Positions 11,801 through 27,104 of a stretch of 64,000 nt of DNA are shown piece by piece. How positions within the stretch are numbered: the stretch's first letter is position 1; the number at the start of each line of letters is the position of its first letter. The notes below the pieces were generated by a model, which searched no databases, was not told the origin of the DNA, and was given only the letters and a program-made list of their open reading frames with translations. The stretch is from Octopus sinensis (lineage: Eukaryota): positions 71,300,001-71,364,000 of the forward strand of contig NC_043001.1 of NCBI RefSeq assembly GCF_006345805.1, read 5' to 3'. Position numbers and translations under genes: made by a program.

Positions 11801-14800
11801 CCATTGGCACAAGGCGCGTTGAGCTGGTCGATTATATTGACCTTAGTTCCCAACAGGATTTTATTTTGTCTTTGCCTCGGTGAAGAATTAAAAGAACATA
11901 AGAGTACGTACATCAATTGCTAGTGACTTGGAAACTGACTTTCCTTACTTTCTCTCTCTCCTTCAGTTCTCCCCTCTCTCTCTCTCACTCTCTATCAATT
12001 TAATAATTTTTATCTTCTATTATTGTATAGCATAAAGTTTCTGAATAGACTCCACAATAACAAACGTAATTCCATAACAGATAACAGTTAGCTAATAACA
12101 TCTTTATGTGTAATTTTCTATGACCGATAAATTTTGTGAGATGAGATAAATTCTCATCATATAAATGTAGAGATAAACAGATTGATAGATGAAGTTTAAA
12201 CTTTGATAGTTTATCTATTGATTCGCTCTCAACTTATTTTCCGCTCTTTGACTGGTTATAAATTTTCAAAATAATCTTAGTTGCGATATGTTTGAAAGTG
12301 AAGCATATATCTACTATTTCTCTTTGAATTATCGTTTATGTGTTAATTCATCTGCTTTCTTGTTTTCTATATCTGTATCACCTAGTAACTGATCATTGTC
12401 ATTTTTTTCTTGTTTATCATGTTGGGACAAACCGATAACAAACCATTTTGGCCCAGACCTTTACATTTTTCGCAGGCGCAGCTCTACATTGTACTCTGTA
12501 TTGTCACTAACTCTTTTCAAGATGATAAAGTGAGTTGATAAATATTTAACTACTGCGTAAAAGCTCAGTCAGTAGTTCAAATAAGTAGAAATTGCTGTTG
12601 TAGATTGCAGACAACAATGGCACGAAGTGTGTCCAATGTATGATGTTCGATATGTTAGTGTCTCATAGTCAAAGATTGATATTTTGCATTTTGCATGTGA
12701 GAAGAAAATTGTGGCTAGGATTAAAGTTAACAGAAATCAACGGAAGATGTGCGATTGTATTTGTATCTATAAGTTCATTTGTAATTAACAAGTGAAATAC
12801 TTAAGTATCATATAAGTAGCCACACATATTGACAGAAGAAACAGCAGAACTGTACGGGGATGCGTTTTCATCTGACGTACGAAGCTCTGTTGGACGATAG
12901 CTTCATGTGATACGACATGATGTTCCTATTTCTTAATATTTCACTGAAATGAATAGAAATTAATTTGGGCTAATAATTTGGGAAAGGGTTGCTACTAATT
13001 TTCTTGATTCCGAAAAGACGAAAGGCAAAGTCGACCCCGGCGGAATTATCCTTTTCCTAATATCAAAGACCTAGAAAGACGACGAGCTGGCAGAATCGTT
13101 AGGACGCCGGGCGAGCACTGTGATCAATTTCATTGACTTAGCCACCCTGCAAAAAAATAATAAATGATAATAATAACAATAATAAAAACCCTGGCTTTGT
13201 ACCAAAATTTGAAACCAATATTAAAGATCTAGTGTTTTGCTTTTAGGATAACTTATTTCCTACAATAAAATGTAAAACAAATTGGATCTGACAGCTGCAC
13301 ATCGTCAGTTTCACCATGCAATTACCGCAAGAAAATAATTGCTTTCCAATTGCTTTCGATGCTTATTCGAATTTAAAAGGTTCACCTTTGATGTGACTAA
13401 TGCTGTGCTTTTCAAGGAATCATTGGTGGTATAATTAACGCAATAACATCAGAGTCCACGCGTCCCGAACCGATGTGATTGTCGTTGACTACACAACTGG
13501 AGTGCTCCATGGGAATTTGGTTCCATATATTTCGGTTAATGATAGAATCCACATTCCATTGAACAATGACAAATGTATACTCTGACAAACATTCAAGTAT
13601 TTGCTGCGAATCAAAACAGACAATATTTCTCTGAAATGTAGCCCAAGAAGATTGAAACAACATCGTTGATTACTCGGTGTCTTGAGATTCAAAACAACTA
13701 AAGCAACTAAGTTTGTTTGGCTACCAATCCAGTTCAATATTCCATGTCGTTGAATCAATTCAGCCCCTACTAAAACCTACATTGCCTTAACAAAAATGAT
13801 TTAATATTATTCATTTTCTTAATATTTCAATACATAAGACACTCTCTCCCTCTCTTTCTCTCTCTCTCTCTATCTCTCTTTATCTCTCTCTATCTCTATC
13901 TCTCTATCTCTCTATCTATCTCTCTATCTCACCTACATTACCAGGAGCCCCGCTACGTATGTGATGTTTCCAAAGTTACAGTGTAATTAATTGGTCTCTC
14001 TCTCTTCTCCAGAAAGCTTTCCCTCTCTTACAAGGAAAGAAAAGGAAGTTGTCATATATCTTGTTATAACATGTAAAGCATTTTTTATGCTTTGGAGGCT
14101 ATCTTGTATTAGACATTGATCTATAAACGACCTCCTTCATATGTAATCACAGAAACAGGGTAAGATAATTCGTTGGTGCATAGAAAGCGTCGTTGTGTAA
14201 TTACATTAGACAAATACCTCGAAAATACGACCAAATACCCACTTCATTTGTTATGACCAAATACCTACTTCATTTGTTATGACCAAGTATCCATTTCATT
14301 ACATCTCTAGAAATCACTGATTTATGTAAGTCTTTGTATTATTCGGCAATGTTTGATTATGACATTATGCCAATGCAAAAATAATTTGTGGTAAAAAGTC
14401 ATGCAAAGAATTGCAAGCACGATTTTCCCATCGAATTTACATAACCAATTCAGTTTCGTTGTCTCAACTCCACATGTCCTCTCCCAGTAACTAACTCTTC
14501 TCACTACTTGTCTGAAGCCATACTTAGAGGCAAGGTTACATTGTGTTTACGGTTTCAGATATTACAGTTCCAAATGCCTTCAAAATATATTCTTCGCATT
14601 TGGGATTCTGGGTTCATTTGATTCTACGGTCGATCCAAATCTATGTCTAGAGATGTTTGTGATCTTTGGAAAATGTTATCTAGAACATCTAAATGAAACT
14701 TTGTGGGGGACAATAAAATATACTCTTCGTTCAAAACTAAAAGACGATGGAGAGCCCATAAGCGGAATCATACCATGCGATTAACATTTTTCGTTGCACT

Positions 14801-16049
14801 ACAACTTAATGAAAATCTTACTTTGGTAGCTTGTCTTAACCTAATCAACATTTGCTTAGGCGGTTAAATCTTAAATATGAAACAATAATCAGTGATGTGT
14901 AACTGATTAACGCTATTGAGCAATGTTCGTATCAAATATCCAATTGATAGAATTAATAACGCTTCAACTGTATATGTATATTACGTTATGGAATATACCG
15001 AGATCTGCAGGAAGTCGTTGAAACTCTGGATCCATTAAATACATGTTGAAGAATCTTGTTCAATGTCTGGTTGCGAAATACCATACCCAGAAGTCGGATT
15101 CAACATGCATGTGAGCGAAAGAATCTCAGTGTTAATCCATTTATTGGGGAGGAATTTGTAGCTCTACCACTTGCATTTCCTCAACGCGCACCAATGATCC
15201 AGAAAGCACTGGAAAATCATAATTAATACTTCCTTTTCAGTTCCACTATGGTATATTTTCATTGAAAGCAGAGATCCAACCAATAAAATGGACCAGAATA
15301 TTGTACTACGAATAATACGAGAAACCAGAAATAATAAAAGAAATCATTTCTACTGCATCCGCTCCAGATGAATTATGGTGCGCTTTCTTGAAAGACTGCC
15401 CGTCAACCATTTGCAAGACAAATGGAAATGAATATTGAAACTGAAATTTTCAGACGAATAACGAAAAATTGATTCGCAACAATTGTTTTCGTGACAGCAC
15501 TATACAAAATAATACGCATATATTGTGAGTTGGAAAAGCGCTGAAGAAAATTCTAGGAAGAATTTTTCTTATGTTGCCTGCTAAGCATTCTAAATCGAAT
15601 ATTCAACCGGGTACTGTTTGTGGATTATTTATACAAGTAAGATTTCAGATTGTCTACGACCCATAAATTCTGTATTAGAGAAAGAGAAAATATAATAAAA
15701 ACTTACTGTGTGTATCTTGAAAAATATTTACATAGATTGTCTACCACAATCCACTGTTTTTCTAGTTCAGCTTAGATTTTAAGTAGATTATTCCAGAGTG
15801 GTATTTGATGCTAATACAGTAATGCATTGAGTGACTCCTGGTAAAGCAACAAATACAGGTAAATACACTTTCCAAGTTAAAAGTAGCTTTGTATACAATA
15901 CACGAGAGATGTAGATAAATCGAAAATTTTCTCTTAGTTTTTCTTTTGTTCTTTTTTTTTTAATATCGCTTTCCTTTCTTTTCTGAACAGAATAAAGTTT
16001 GTATGTCTTTTTTCTCCCTCAATATCTCCTACAATATATATGCATATAC

Positions 16050-16080
<31 letters not shown>

Positions 16081-16081
16081 A

Positions 16082-16228
<147 letters not shown>

Positions 16229-16829
16229 ATACCGTTTCAACTAATAATGATTTCTTACGTAGGTATACAGCTGAAGATTAATCGGAAAAGGCTTACGGGA
16301 AGACGTGATCTACATGGCATTACGTACAAAGATCCATTAGTGACGTAAGTTAAAAGCTTCCAAATACGAAATCGAAACCGAACCGACATCTCTGTTCACC
16401 AATTCGTTGTAGAAATATGATACTGTAAATAAAGTAGCAATAATATACTGGATTCCGTGGTGATCGAGTGTGCAAGAAATTTATATAGCAGTGTACGCAT
16501 CATACTTAATGTATATACACCGTTGATTGGTCATTTACTGCGGTATTCATTTCAGATAATATTTCCAATGGACTTGCTGAGTTAAGATCATAGTAATTTT
16601 CGGAGAGCGACAAAATTTCCTCCTAGATGCAACGACCAAGAAGGCTAGATACAGTTCTACTTTTTTGAGGCTTTCAATGACGTGTGTAGCAGCCTGCCAC
16701 AAAGCTGGTAATTCCTTTCTCTTTGACATAGGAAGCAGTGATTTAAGATAGCACGTGCATAAGGCATATTATTGCAAAACAAATGCCGTAGCAATAAGCC
16801 TATCAACTGTATATACATACATACATACA

Positions 16830-16861
<32 letters not shown>

Positions 16862-16870
16862 CATACATAT

Positions 16871-16950
<80 letters not shown>

Positions 16951-17033
16951 AACGAGGATAAAATTTCTTTCGAAAAACATTTTATCAATGACGAGCATAT
17001 TAAAAAATACCTTAAACGGTTAAATTTATAAAC

Positions 17034-17472
17034 AATTCATAAATGAGGGCGAAGGAAAAAATTTCTAATGCCAAATATGCCGAAAAATTGGACATATTGT
17101 CCATTAACCATATAATCTTTTCACAATACGCACGCTACTCGAAAAAAGGTCGACAGACATTTCTAAAAAATTCCATTACTACCATATCGGACCGATAAAA
17201 GAGTTAGCTACTAAGAGCCCTCTCTTCGGGGTATGAGTAAGTATCTCATTTATTTCTTTTGCCACATGTATCACTGACGAAGAGAGGGCTCTTAGTAGCT
17301 AACTCTTTTATCGGTCCGATATGGTAATAATGGAATTTTTTAGAAATGTCTGTCGACCTTTTTTCGAGTAGCGTGCGTATTGTGAAAAAATGATATGGTT
17401 AATGGACAATATGTCCAATTTTTCGGCATATTTGGCATTAGAATGTTTTTCCTTTGCCCTCATTTATGAATT
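17034..17472. repeat. Fold-back: 195-bp inverted arms (17034-17228 / 17278-17472) with a 49-bp spacer
   Basis: The arms are reverse complements with a handful of differences; (TA)n lies on the right flank. Confidence 0.9.
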
Positions 17473-17617
17473 ATATATATATATATATATATATATATGC
17501 AGGAATAGTGTTCGTTTCCATTTTGGAACACCATTCCTCCATGTGGTCTGCTTGAAATATTTAGATTTTAAGGTGTTTTTCTAGTTTTCTTAACATGAAA
17601 CTAATGGTAACCTAAAT

Positions 17618-17650
<33 letters not shown>

Positions 17651-17661
17651 TATATATATAT

Positions 17662-17695
<34 letters not shown>

Positions 17696-17698
17696 CAT

Positions 17699-17743
<45 letters not shown>

Positions 17744-18490
17744 GTATGATACATAGATGGCTATTTTCAATTTAATACTCTTTCAAAGAAAGTAACAGAG
17801 TAAACAATAAAAGAATTCATTAGGTGGCTGATATTTACTCATATATATGTATAACGTATCTCTCAGTAGATGATCGGTTGGAAACAGTGTGGCAATGTTT
17901 ATCTAGTATGGCCCTTTAAATAACATATACATCGTATCCGACTGGTATTCACAGTTTCAAATATTCTTTACGCACTAGATTTGAGTCGGGTAGAAACTAT
18001 AACAGAAGATACGTTCACAAGATGCCATGTTGTCATGTTGTAGAGGTGAACCCGGAACCTAATGACTGCCGAATAAACTTGTTGACTCTTAAGCATAACA
18101 ACGCTGCCAGAGGAGTATATTTTTCCTTCTATCTTATGACTTATATGGAATCTGAAAAAAAATTTATATATTACACATGACAATAAAATGTGCAACTTGT
18201 GTTTGAATTAGACAGATAACGCTTTAAAGCAGAAAACCGGAAGTCAATGTTTAATACCAAAAGAAGATATAGTAATTCTTGTCTTGAAAGAACCTTCCAG
18301 TTAAAACTATAATTTCATGGCTAAAATTTTAAAGGACTCAAAAGATCGAACAGCACTGATTGTAAACTTAATGAATCATAAATAATGAAATGTTTAGGGT
18401 ATCCTCTTCAAATGAGGGCATGCAGATATATAGATACATACATATATATATATAAAGATATATAGATATATGTATGTATGCATATATATA

Positions 18491-18530
<40 letters not shown>

Positions 18531-18746
18531 TATATATATATGCGTAAACCATTGGTTCGTTTTGTTCTCTTACTTTATTATCATCTTATAATCATCTCAT
18601 AATAATGGCTTTTATGACTCGTATTACTACCTCAGTCAATCTAAATGTATATATTTGTCGTTACCTGTCATAAATAGCCTTTTTCTATTTGCAATATGCA
18701 TTTTCGTTGATTTTTCATATTTTACCCTTACATTTCCACGTGTATT

Positions 18747-19040
18747 TTATATTTTCTTTTCGTAATATATTTCTACTATATATATATATATGGCATAATT
18801 GAAAGCTGCTTCATAGACGTGTCTTCTCAGTGCTGTTGCAACTGCTCTTCCTTCCGCAGTGGAGATTCTATTCTTTGTCAGCCGTGCATACCTATGTTCA
18901 TCACTTTGAGATACTCTGGCTTTTGTAGTGCACAGTGTTTTTCTTTCTTGATATGCTTCCCTTTCTACGGTTGTCACTCTTTCTCTGGGCAAAGACATTA
19001 ATTTGGCTGACCTTGACTTGTACACAAATTTGAAACTTCC
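18747..19040 (-). mobile_element. Helitron Rep/helicase N-terminal remnant
   Basis: Charged R/E-rich stretch (…EHRYARLTKNRISTAEGR…) ending in AAFNY, resembling the start of Helitron ORFs; truncated by (TA)n. Confidence 0.45.
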
Positions 19041-20149
19041 CTTTTAGGCATGGTTATATACGTATTCAGAAATACACGGGTGCAGAGGATAGTAAATAAT
19101 GAAAATAACTGGGTAACGAAAATTATATTTCTTAATACGACGGGCAGAAATTAAATAAAATTTTTTTTACGGAAAATTAAGAATTGCACGGGTTGAAGCG
19201 AAATTTGTCAGTGAACCAGAAAGCCAGTATCAAAGGAACAAGAAAAAAGCCGTTAACAACAGAAAAACACCAAACCGTTGCAAAATTAGATAAGAAATTA
19301 GCTAAGTGTACGGATTTAAGTGAAATTTTTTACTTCTGTCAGGAAATTATGAACTTACTTTTATCATTAATTCCGTCAAAACCAGAAAAAAACACAAAAC
19401 GTTGAAAAGTAAATAAGAAATTTGTAGGCAAATTTAACGAAATGAACGGATTGAAGTGAAATTTATGAAGTTACTTCTATCAGTAAATTATGTAAGAAAT
19501 TACTTTAATCAGTAATTGTGAACTTCTTTCAGTCAGTAATTTGTCATTGGTGTTTGTAAATAGCGATTGAAAACATACAGTGAAAACAATAGAGAGTGAG
19601 TAAGATATAAAGAGAGGGGAGAGAGACAGAGCCAGTTAGATAAATAAGATAGATATAGATAGATAAGATATAGATACAGACAGATAGATAGATACAGAGA
19701 TAGGGACGGCTAGAGAGATGTAGAGAGATAGAAATAGATAGAAAGGGCGATGGATAGAGATGTAGATAGATGGATCGATCGAAATATGTAGATAGAAAGA
19801 TATAGACGTCACTGAAGCTAGAAAAACGGAAGTAAATACTTTTAAAAACTCTTAAAGACGTGAATCTAATATAAAAAGCAATATTTTATTTATGACCAAC
19901 GGATGTAATCAATTTCTCAAAGTTACTTCGCAAAGAGTTACTTCCTTTCCCCAGCTAACCCAGGAACGAAATTTTTCTGCCCCCAGGGGTCCGTTACTCA
20001 TTATGTGAAACATTTTAAGAGTCTAAAAGCACCACTGAAACATAAGCAATGTATGTTCCCAGTTTGCAGAAAACCAGTTCAACAATACGGCCGTTATAAT
20101 CATTTAGACATACACACACACAGAACAGCATTTATATTATAGATATATA

Positions 20150-20835
20150 CACAGGTTGCGATGAGTAAATTGTCACCATTTTATACTTTTACTTTCGCGC
20201 ACGGGCTTGGTTTGCATTTGATTTTGTCGAATACATAGTATAGTAGGGTCCGTTGGGCACCATGTGTGAGAAAAACAGCACCATGACGCAATTCAGTCTG
20301 ACCGAAATTTGGAAAGGACATGCTGTACTGCTCGGCATTCACATCAGAAGCTCCAATACGAACATTTGAGAATGTTTGAGTGTCAGTCTAAAGACTCTGC
20401 AATCTGTGGACATGTACCGAGAATGATAGAAATCAAACATCCATGGTGTTTGGAGTGATCACTAGTGATGGTGACGCTATGCTTTCCATCATCCCACACG
20501 GCCTCACACGGAGGCTTACATCAAGTGCATGGATGTGGTAGTGCTGCTCTGGGTCAAGAGGGTGACTGCTGGAAGACTATATGTCTGGCAACAGGACTCT
20601 GTACCATGCCACACGAGCAGGAGAACCCAGTCATGACTGCCACAATTTCTGCGACCACATGACTTCTAACATCTGGCCACTTAACTCACCAGAATGCAAA
20701 TACCTTGATCATTATGTGTAGGGCGCAGTTGAGCGGGAGATCAACAAAACTCCTTGTAACACCAAAGATGAACTGAAGGCAAGGATCATTACAGCATTCA
20801 CCAATTAGAGAAGGAGACCGTACAGAAGAGTTCCC
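20150..20835 (+). mobile_element. Decayed maT-type (DD37D) Tc1/mariner transposon
   Basis: Reads MVFGVITSDGD...YVWQQDSVPCHTSRRTQS...NFCDHMTSNIWPLNSPECKYLDHYV*GAVEREINKTPCNTKDELKARI. The D-to-D spacing is about 37 once a frameshift is bridged; the HTH/first-D region is largely deleted. Confidence 0.8.
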
Positions 20836-21351
20836 TCTGAAAATATTAACAATTATCTTTTTATATTTACTGAAAAGGCTCCTTCCATGGTTTTTAAGTG
20901 CCAAAAACAATTGGCAAAAATAGGTACGGGGTGGGATGATGAGATGCAGGATGTAAAAACAAGAGATATCAAAGTCTTTTTCATACAAAGATACCCCCGT
21001 CCAACCCCATCATTTTGAACGGTGTGGTTTAAAAAAAGGGGGTGGGGGATCCCCATCAAAACAGCGTGGTTCTAACTTATTTGGTCTCTCTGATCCAAAA
21101 TTCCTTTATACCGAAACTCCTCTCCCCACTCCTCAGAAAAAAGTTACCACAAATTTCTTTATAATCGTAATCTTTTCCGATTGAAAGGGATTGGTATAAA
21201 CTTTCATTAAAAGATACCCATTTTCCTGAAAGTTATGAGGGGGAAAATATCATCGTGTGAATTTTCCGAAATTCTTCTCTCTACTACCTCGGAAAAATTA
21301 TTTCCTATAAATCCCTATTTACTCTGAAGCTACAACATCTTCTTTAGCACT

Positions 21352-21724
21352 CCGACGGTTACGACGACGAGGGTTCCGGTTGATCCGAATCAACGGAACA
21401 GCCTGCTCGTGAAATTAACGTGTAAGTGGCTGAGCACTCCACACACACGTGTACCCTTAACGTAGTTCTCGGGGATATTCAGCGTGACACAGAGAGGGAC
21501 AAGGTCGGCCCTTTGAAATACAGGTACAACAGAAACAGGAAGTAAGAGTGAGAGAAAGTTGTGGTGAAAGAGTACAGCAGGGATCACCACCATCCCCTGC
21601 CGGAGCCTCGTGGAGCTTTAGGTGTTTTCGCTCAATAAACACTCACAACGCCCGGTCTGGGAATCGAAACCGCGATCCTATGACCGCGAGTCCGCTGCCC
21701 TAACCACTGGGCCATTGCGCCTCC
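21352..21724 (-). mobile_element. tRNA-derived SINE family B (tRNA-Arg-like head), full length
   Basis: Minus-strand head GGAGGCGCAATGGCCCAGTGGTTAGGGCAGCGGACTCGCGGTCATAGGATCGCGGTTTCGATTCCC carries A-box (TGGCCCAGTGG) and B-box-like (GGTTTCGATTCC) motifs. Confidence 0.85.
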
Positions 21725-21921
21725 TCACAACATCTAAGCAGTATTTGTAAAAAGTTGCTATTTGTGGATGTCATAAGGCAATAAAACCAGGTGCGTGCCC
21801 ATCTATAATAATGATCTTTTATTTATACGATTTTCTTTTTCATTTCATGTTTATTTCATTCTTTGTTTGCAATGTTCTCTCTCCCCACTCTCTCTCTTCC
21901 TTTCTCTCTCTCTCTCAATCT

Positions 21922-21965
<44 letters not shown>

Positions 21966-23842
21966 CCACACACACACACACACACACTGCAAAGCTTACA
22001 AATGGGCTGCCGAATTGAAATCTCTATGCTGCTTTGCGGGAAAGGCAAACATTGAGAAACTGCTTTTCTCTCCGTTGTTGGACTACCGTGATGTTTGTTT
22101 AAAAAAGATACATTATGACTGTGATAAAATAATGAAAACAACATTTACTAAGTATTTGCTTTCATTATTTTATCACAGGAGATATATCAATAGATAAATG
22201 CAATAAGAGGAGGGATAGAAAGAAGAGATAAGAAGGTAAGAAAGGATTATGTGTGAGTATACATACATGCATGCATACATGCATACACACATACATATGT
22301 ACATACGTACATACATACACACATACACACACATACAGATATGGTGTATGTATGCATGTATGCATATAAGAAATCGTCTGTAGGTGTATTCGGAAATAAT
22401 AACCTAGACATCTGCCAAAATATATTTCGCTAAGTAGTACACCAATTCACGTAATTGATAAACCTGCTTATCGTCTATTGAATGAACATTGTAAATATAC
22501 GTGAAAGGGACATGAATTGTTATATTCTTTTTTCTTCAAATTTTACTTCTGATAACCGATGTATCTTTCTATTGCTTTGGCATATATCACGTTGTGCCTG
22601 TTTGAGGGAACGTGTTGTCTTCTCATCCGATCAACACCAGCTACAATTATTGTATCTGGTCGGTCATTATACACATCTGATACTAAAGGCTGTTGATCCG
22701 TTTGAATATAATTCAAGCAAGCACAATGGATTTTGACACGTTGATCTACAAAAAATTAATATAATTAACTTTCACCGTCATTCAATAATAATAATAGACT
22801 ATTTTTGCGTTTGTGAGGTAAATATTCCAGGCTATTATTCCCCACTGACATGCAAAGAAAATACAAGCTTTATAAATAATAAGATAGAAACATTATTTTC
22901 CTTTATATTGCAACTGTAAATTCATAGAATAAATTGACTGCTATTTTCCCCCATTTCGTTTCTACAGGTGAAAGACTGGCAGGGTCGTTAGAGCGTCGGA
23001 TTGATGACATCCAGTGTTCATACGAGCTTTGCGCTCTAAATTCAAATTCTGCCGATATCTGATTTTGTTTTCATTCTGCGAGATTGATAAACTGATATTT
23101 ATACAGGATAGTGAAAGAAGGAGTGACTATATGTTTTCCTTCCGGTGTATTTTCCCATCTCTTTTTCTTCTGAAAACAAATCACGCCACAATCTAGTTGA
23201 AAGTTAGTCTTAATCCGTTACACGATCTAATACTACTATCTATCCACTTGGGTAACAGTTAGTGACTGTTATTAGTATTGACGCTCCTTCTGATTAACGA
23301 AATATAAGAAATTTCATCAAAATGGTCTTGATATGAGCGTGCGACCGACGGACAGAGAAACTATTACAATATAGATGATTTCGAAATAAATTCGAATTTA
23401 AGCAACGAGCAAACCTACCCTTTCGAAAAGATAAGCATGCTCCTGTATATCAATACAAAGTTAATCCGGAGATCTCTAAAATTTCATCCACCAACGAAAT
23501 AAGCATTCAAGTGGTACCATTCTGTAAGGAACCCAGTGGATCAAATATAACCTACAAATTATAGGAACACATTATAAACAGAACGCATGCACAAAGCAAA
23601 AGTAGAGCGTAAATAGGCGCATGCATGGCTGTGTAGTTAAGAAGCTCTCATTGCAACCATGCAGTTTCGGGTTCGGTTCAATTCAGCAATAAATTGGGTG
23701 TCTTTTACTACAGCACCAGGCCAACTAAAGGATTGTGAGTAAATTTTATATACAGCGACTTTGTGGAGGCCTCTCGTATATGTGCGTGCGTCCGGGCGTG
23801 TGTGTGTATATATGTGTGTGTGTGTGTGTGTGTGTGAATGTG

Positions 23843-23873
<31 letters not shown>

Positions 23874-24844
23874 TGTGTGTTTCCAAGTGGTGGCGTTTGT
23901 CCCACATCACCACTTGGAAAACAATGCTTGGATCTTTACATTTCCTAACATAGTGGTTCGGCAAAAGAAACCGATAGAATAAGGATCAAATTTAAAACGC
24001 AAATATTGGGGTTGATACATTCAGCCAAATACATGAAACCGAAACTCCAGCATGGTCGCAGCCTAGTGGCCGAAAGAAGACCAATAATAAAGGAAACCAC
24101 TTTTCAAACTCTAGGAAAAGATATTGCACACTGAGTAGCATTAACTTTTCACATGCATAAAAGTTTGTTTTAAGCTCTGCTTACTCTGCTTTCGTGTGGC
24201 AATGCAATTTTACATATTTATTGATTGCTAGGCGAAGACTGTAAGAGATCAAGAAGTTCCTTAAAAGTTAATTTCCGTAAAGAGAAATATAACTTCAGCA
24301 ACTAGTATACTTTCGGACAATTTTCTTTTTTTTTTTTTGTTTTTATTTGTCTTTGTTTCATTTTGTTTGTTTTATATTATTTTGGTTTCAATTTGATGAA
24401 TTGAATTTTTTTTAATATTGAATAATTCTGCATTCTGTCAGCTATTAACGATTTATCCCCTACTGTAAACATGTAGATCAGAAAAGGAAGAAACGAAATT
24501 GATCTTCTATATTTTACATAGATTTTATCATAAAGCATATATATCTGTGTGAGTGCGTATGTGTATGTGTGTATGAAGGTAAGTGTTTATGTATTTTGAA
24601 GTTCTAGGTACAGTAAATACGGTTTAATTGCAGAAGCATCATCAAACAGACATCAAGTTGGAAAGAGAAATATGTAGGAGCGTTGCAAGATACAAATACG
24701 GTGAGATAAATTGATTATAGCATAATTTGATCAATGGATAAAGAGAACAACATGAAATATAGATAGATAGAGAGAGACAGAGAAAGACAAAGACAGACTG
24801 AGAGACAGGCAGAGATACACAGACAGACATTTAACACATCTTTT

Positions 24845-25046
24845 TCTACTCTAGGTACAAGGCCTGAAATCTGGGGAAGGGACCAGTCGATTAGATCGAC
24901 CCAATATGCTGCTGGTACTTAATTCATCGACCCCGAAAGTATGAAAGACATATTTGACTTCGGTGGAATTTGAACTCAGAACGTAAAGACAGACGAAATA
25001 CCGCTAAGCATTTCACCCAGCACGCTAAAATTTCTGCCAGCTCGCC
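24845..25046 (-). mobile_element. SINE family A, full length
   Basis: Reverse complement of GGCGAGCTGGCAGAAATTTTAGCG...GTTCAAATTCCACCGAAGTC...CCTAGAGTAGAAAA. Confidence 0.8.
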
Positions 25047-25192
25047 GCTTTAATGCTCAATAACATGGAGATTGAGTGGGCCACTCCATGTGTTGTAGCT
25101 TACTATTATGCACGTCATAATGTTTCTGCCAGCTCGTCGCCTTAGAATTAGAAAATAACAGGCAGAAAGCTAGACAAACGCACAGAAAGATA

Positions 25193-25528
<336 letters not shown>

Positions 25529-26457
25529 TGTGAAGAATATAATTGAATAAACGGAGAGAAATTAACAAAAAATAGAGAGAAAGGGGGAGGAGATTATTAA
25601 AACGAAGGAAACAGGAAAAGAATCAAGCCTTTTTAGAATTCACATGAAGTAGAAAGAACTGTGGTTTCATATTGTATTCCTTAGTGATACACTGACCTAG
25701 TTTTGCGAAAACTCAATGCAGTGAAAATAAATAGATAGATAAATAGATATAATACCAAACGGTGAGAGAGAAATGAGAGAAACATGAGAAAAGAAAAAGA
25801 GAGAAATGAGCTGAGCTAAGAGAGAGAGATGGGAATTAAAGAGTGCAGAAACAGAGGGAGTGAATAGGAGGAAAAATACCGAAGCATTATGTAGTGGTTA
25901 ATGAATCGGTGTTGGATTTCAGCTCTTACACCACCTTGAGCAAGTAATTACTAATTCTCATAATTTACATGGCTGATTCTGTATAATATACTAACATCAT
26001 GAAAGGACGTTCTCTTGAGAGATATTGTAATCATGATTTTTCGTATATTATGTTCTCGGTTTTTTGTTGGTTTTTGTTGGGGTTTTTTTTGAGAAGTGAT
26101 TAAAACCATGTAAACTATACATTAACCTATTTATTTAGGATTGGGGGTTTTGTTGTTTTGTTTCTTTGTTTTGTTTTTGTATGCGTTATTTTTTAAGTAA
26201 ATTTTCTTGTTCCGCCGTTCATCTACACAGCTATTATAACGAGAACACAAAGCTTTGTTCTTCTGTGTATTTTAGATGTTCGTCTTATTTTCTCTACTGT
26301 GGAATTTATATAGGATTTCCTATACTCATCATCATTATCATTTTTCTTAATAATGTTGTTGTTATTCTTATTCTTATTGTTGTTGTTGTTAGTGTTGTTT
26401 TTGTTATTAATATTACTACTAATACTAATATCATCGGCATCATCATCATCATTGTCG

Positions 26458-26495
<38 letters not shown>

Positions 26496-27060
26496 GTTTT
26501 TGTTGTTGTTGTTGTTGTTGTTGTTATTGTTCGTGTCGTCGTTGTTATGTTCTGATGTATTTTTTCAAATTATATTTTCTTTTCTCTTGATGTTGGTTTT
26601 GAAACATAGTATTGTGAGCTGTTGTTTTTGTTATTCTTATTGTTGTTATTCTCGTTGTTGTTGTTGTTGCTACTGCTGTCTAATTAAACGATGATCGATT
26701 TTGATATTGAAATAATTTTTATGTGAAAAAATAAAACACGGATTTGGTAAAAATGTAAAAATAGAAAAACAAATATCTCCAATCCCCCTACTCTCTATCT
26801 CTCTCTATCTCTCTATCTCTCTCTCTCCCTCTCTCTCTCTCTTTCTCTCTTCTTAATATTGCAGTAGATTCAAAGAGATTTTGTGCAGAGGGAAATCGTG
26901 TGTACATCAACACGTGTAAATCGGAATGCACAGACACACGCATATACATACACACACGCACGCACACATACACATATACAATCACACGTTCCAGCACAAA
27001 AATAAATGCAAAAACAACCATGCTACCGCAAAGCATTCAAGACAATGACACGCACGCATG

Positions 27061-27099
<39 letters not shown>

Positions 27100-27104
<5 letters not shown>

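Noticed and set aside
13412-13758. Two overlapping minus-strand ORFs with a faint LRR-like look (NLVALVVLNLK)
   Set aside because: No repeated LxxLxLxxN register and no convincing splice sites.
14490-15480. Protein-like plus-strand frames, including GEEFVALPLAFPQRAPM (vaguely ionotropic-receptor-like)
   Set aside because: Multiple stops, motif spacing does not match, and no supporting upstream domain; would need tBLASTx.
16268-16400. CTGAAGA...CTTACG/CGTAAG...GAAAC hammerhead-like arrangement
   Set aside because: The base of helix II is mispaired and there is no valid helix III or UH site.
21660-21724. tRNA-Arg-like sequence as a true tRNA gene
   Set aside because: No complete cloverleaf or acceptor stem, and it continues into SINE body sequence found in several copies.
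22547-22745. Possible minus-strand exon (TTTTTTGTAG acceptor, GTAAAA donor, 66 open codons)
   Set aside because: Weak donor, unrecognised peptide, no partner exons; compatible with chance.
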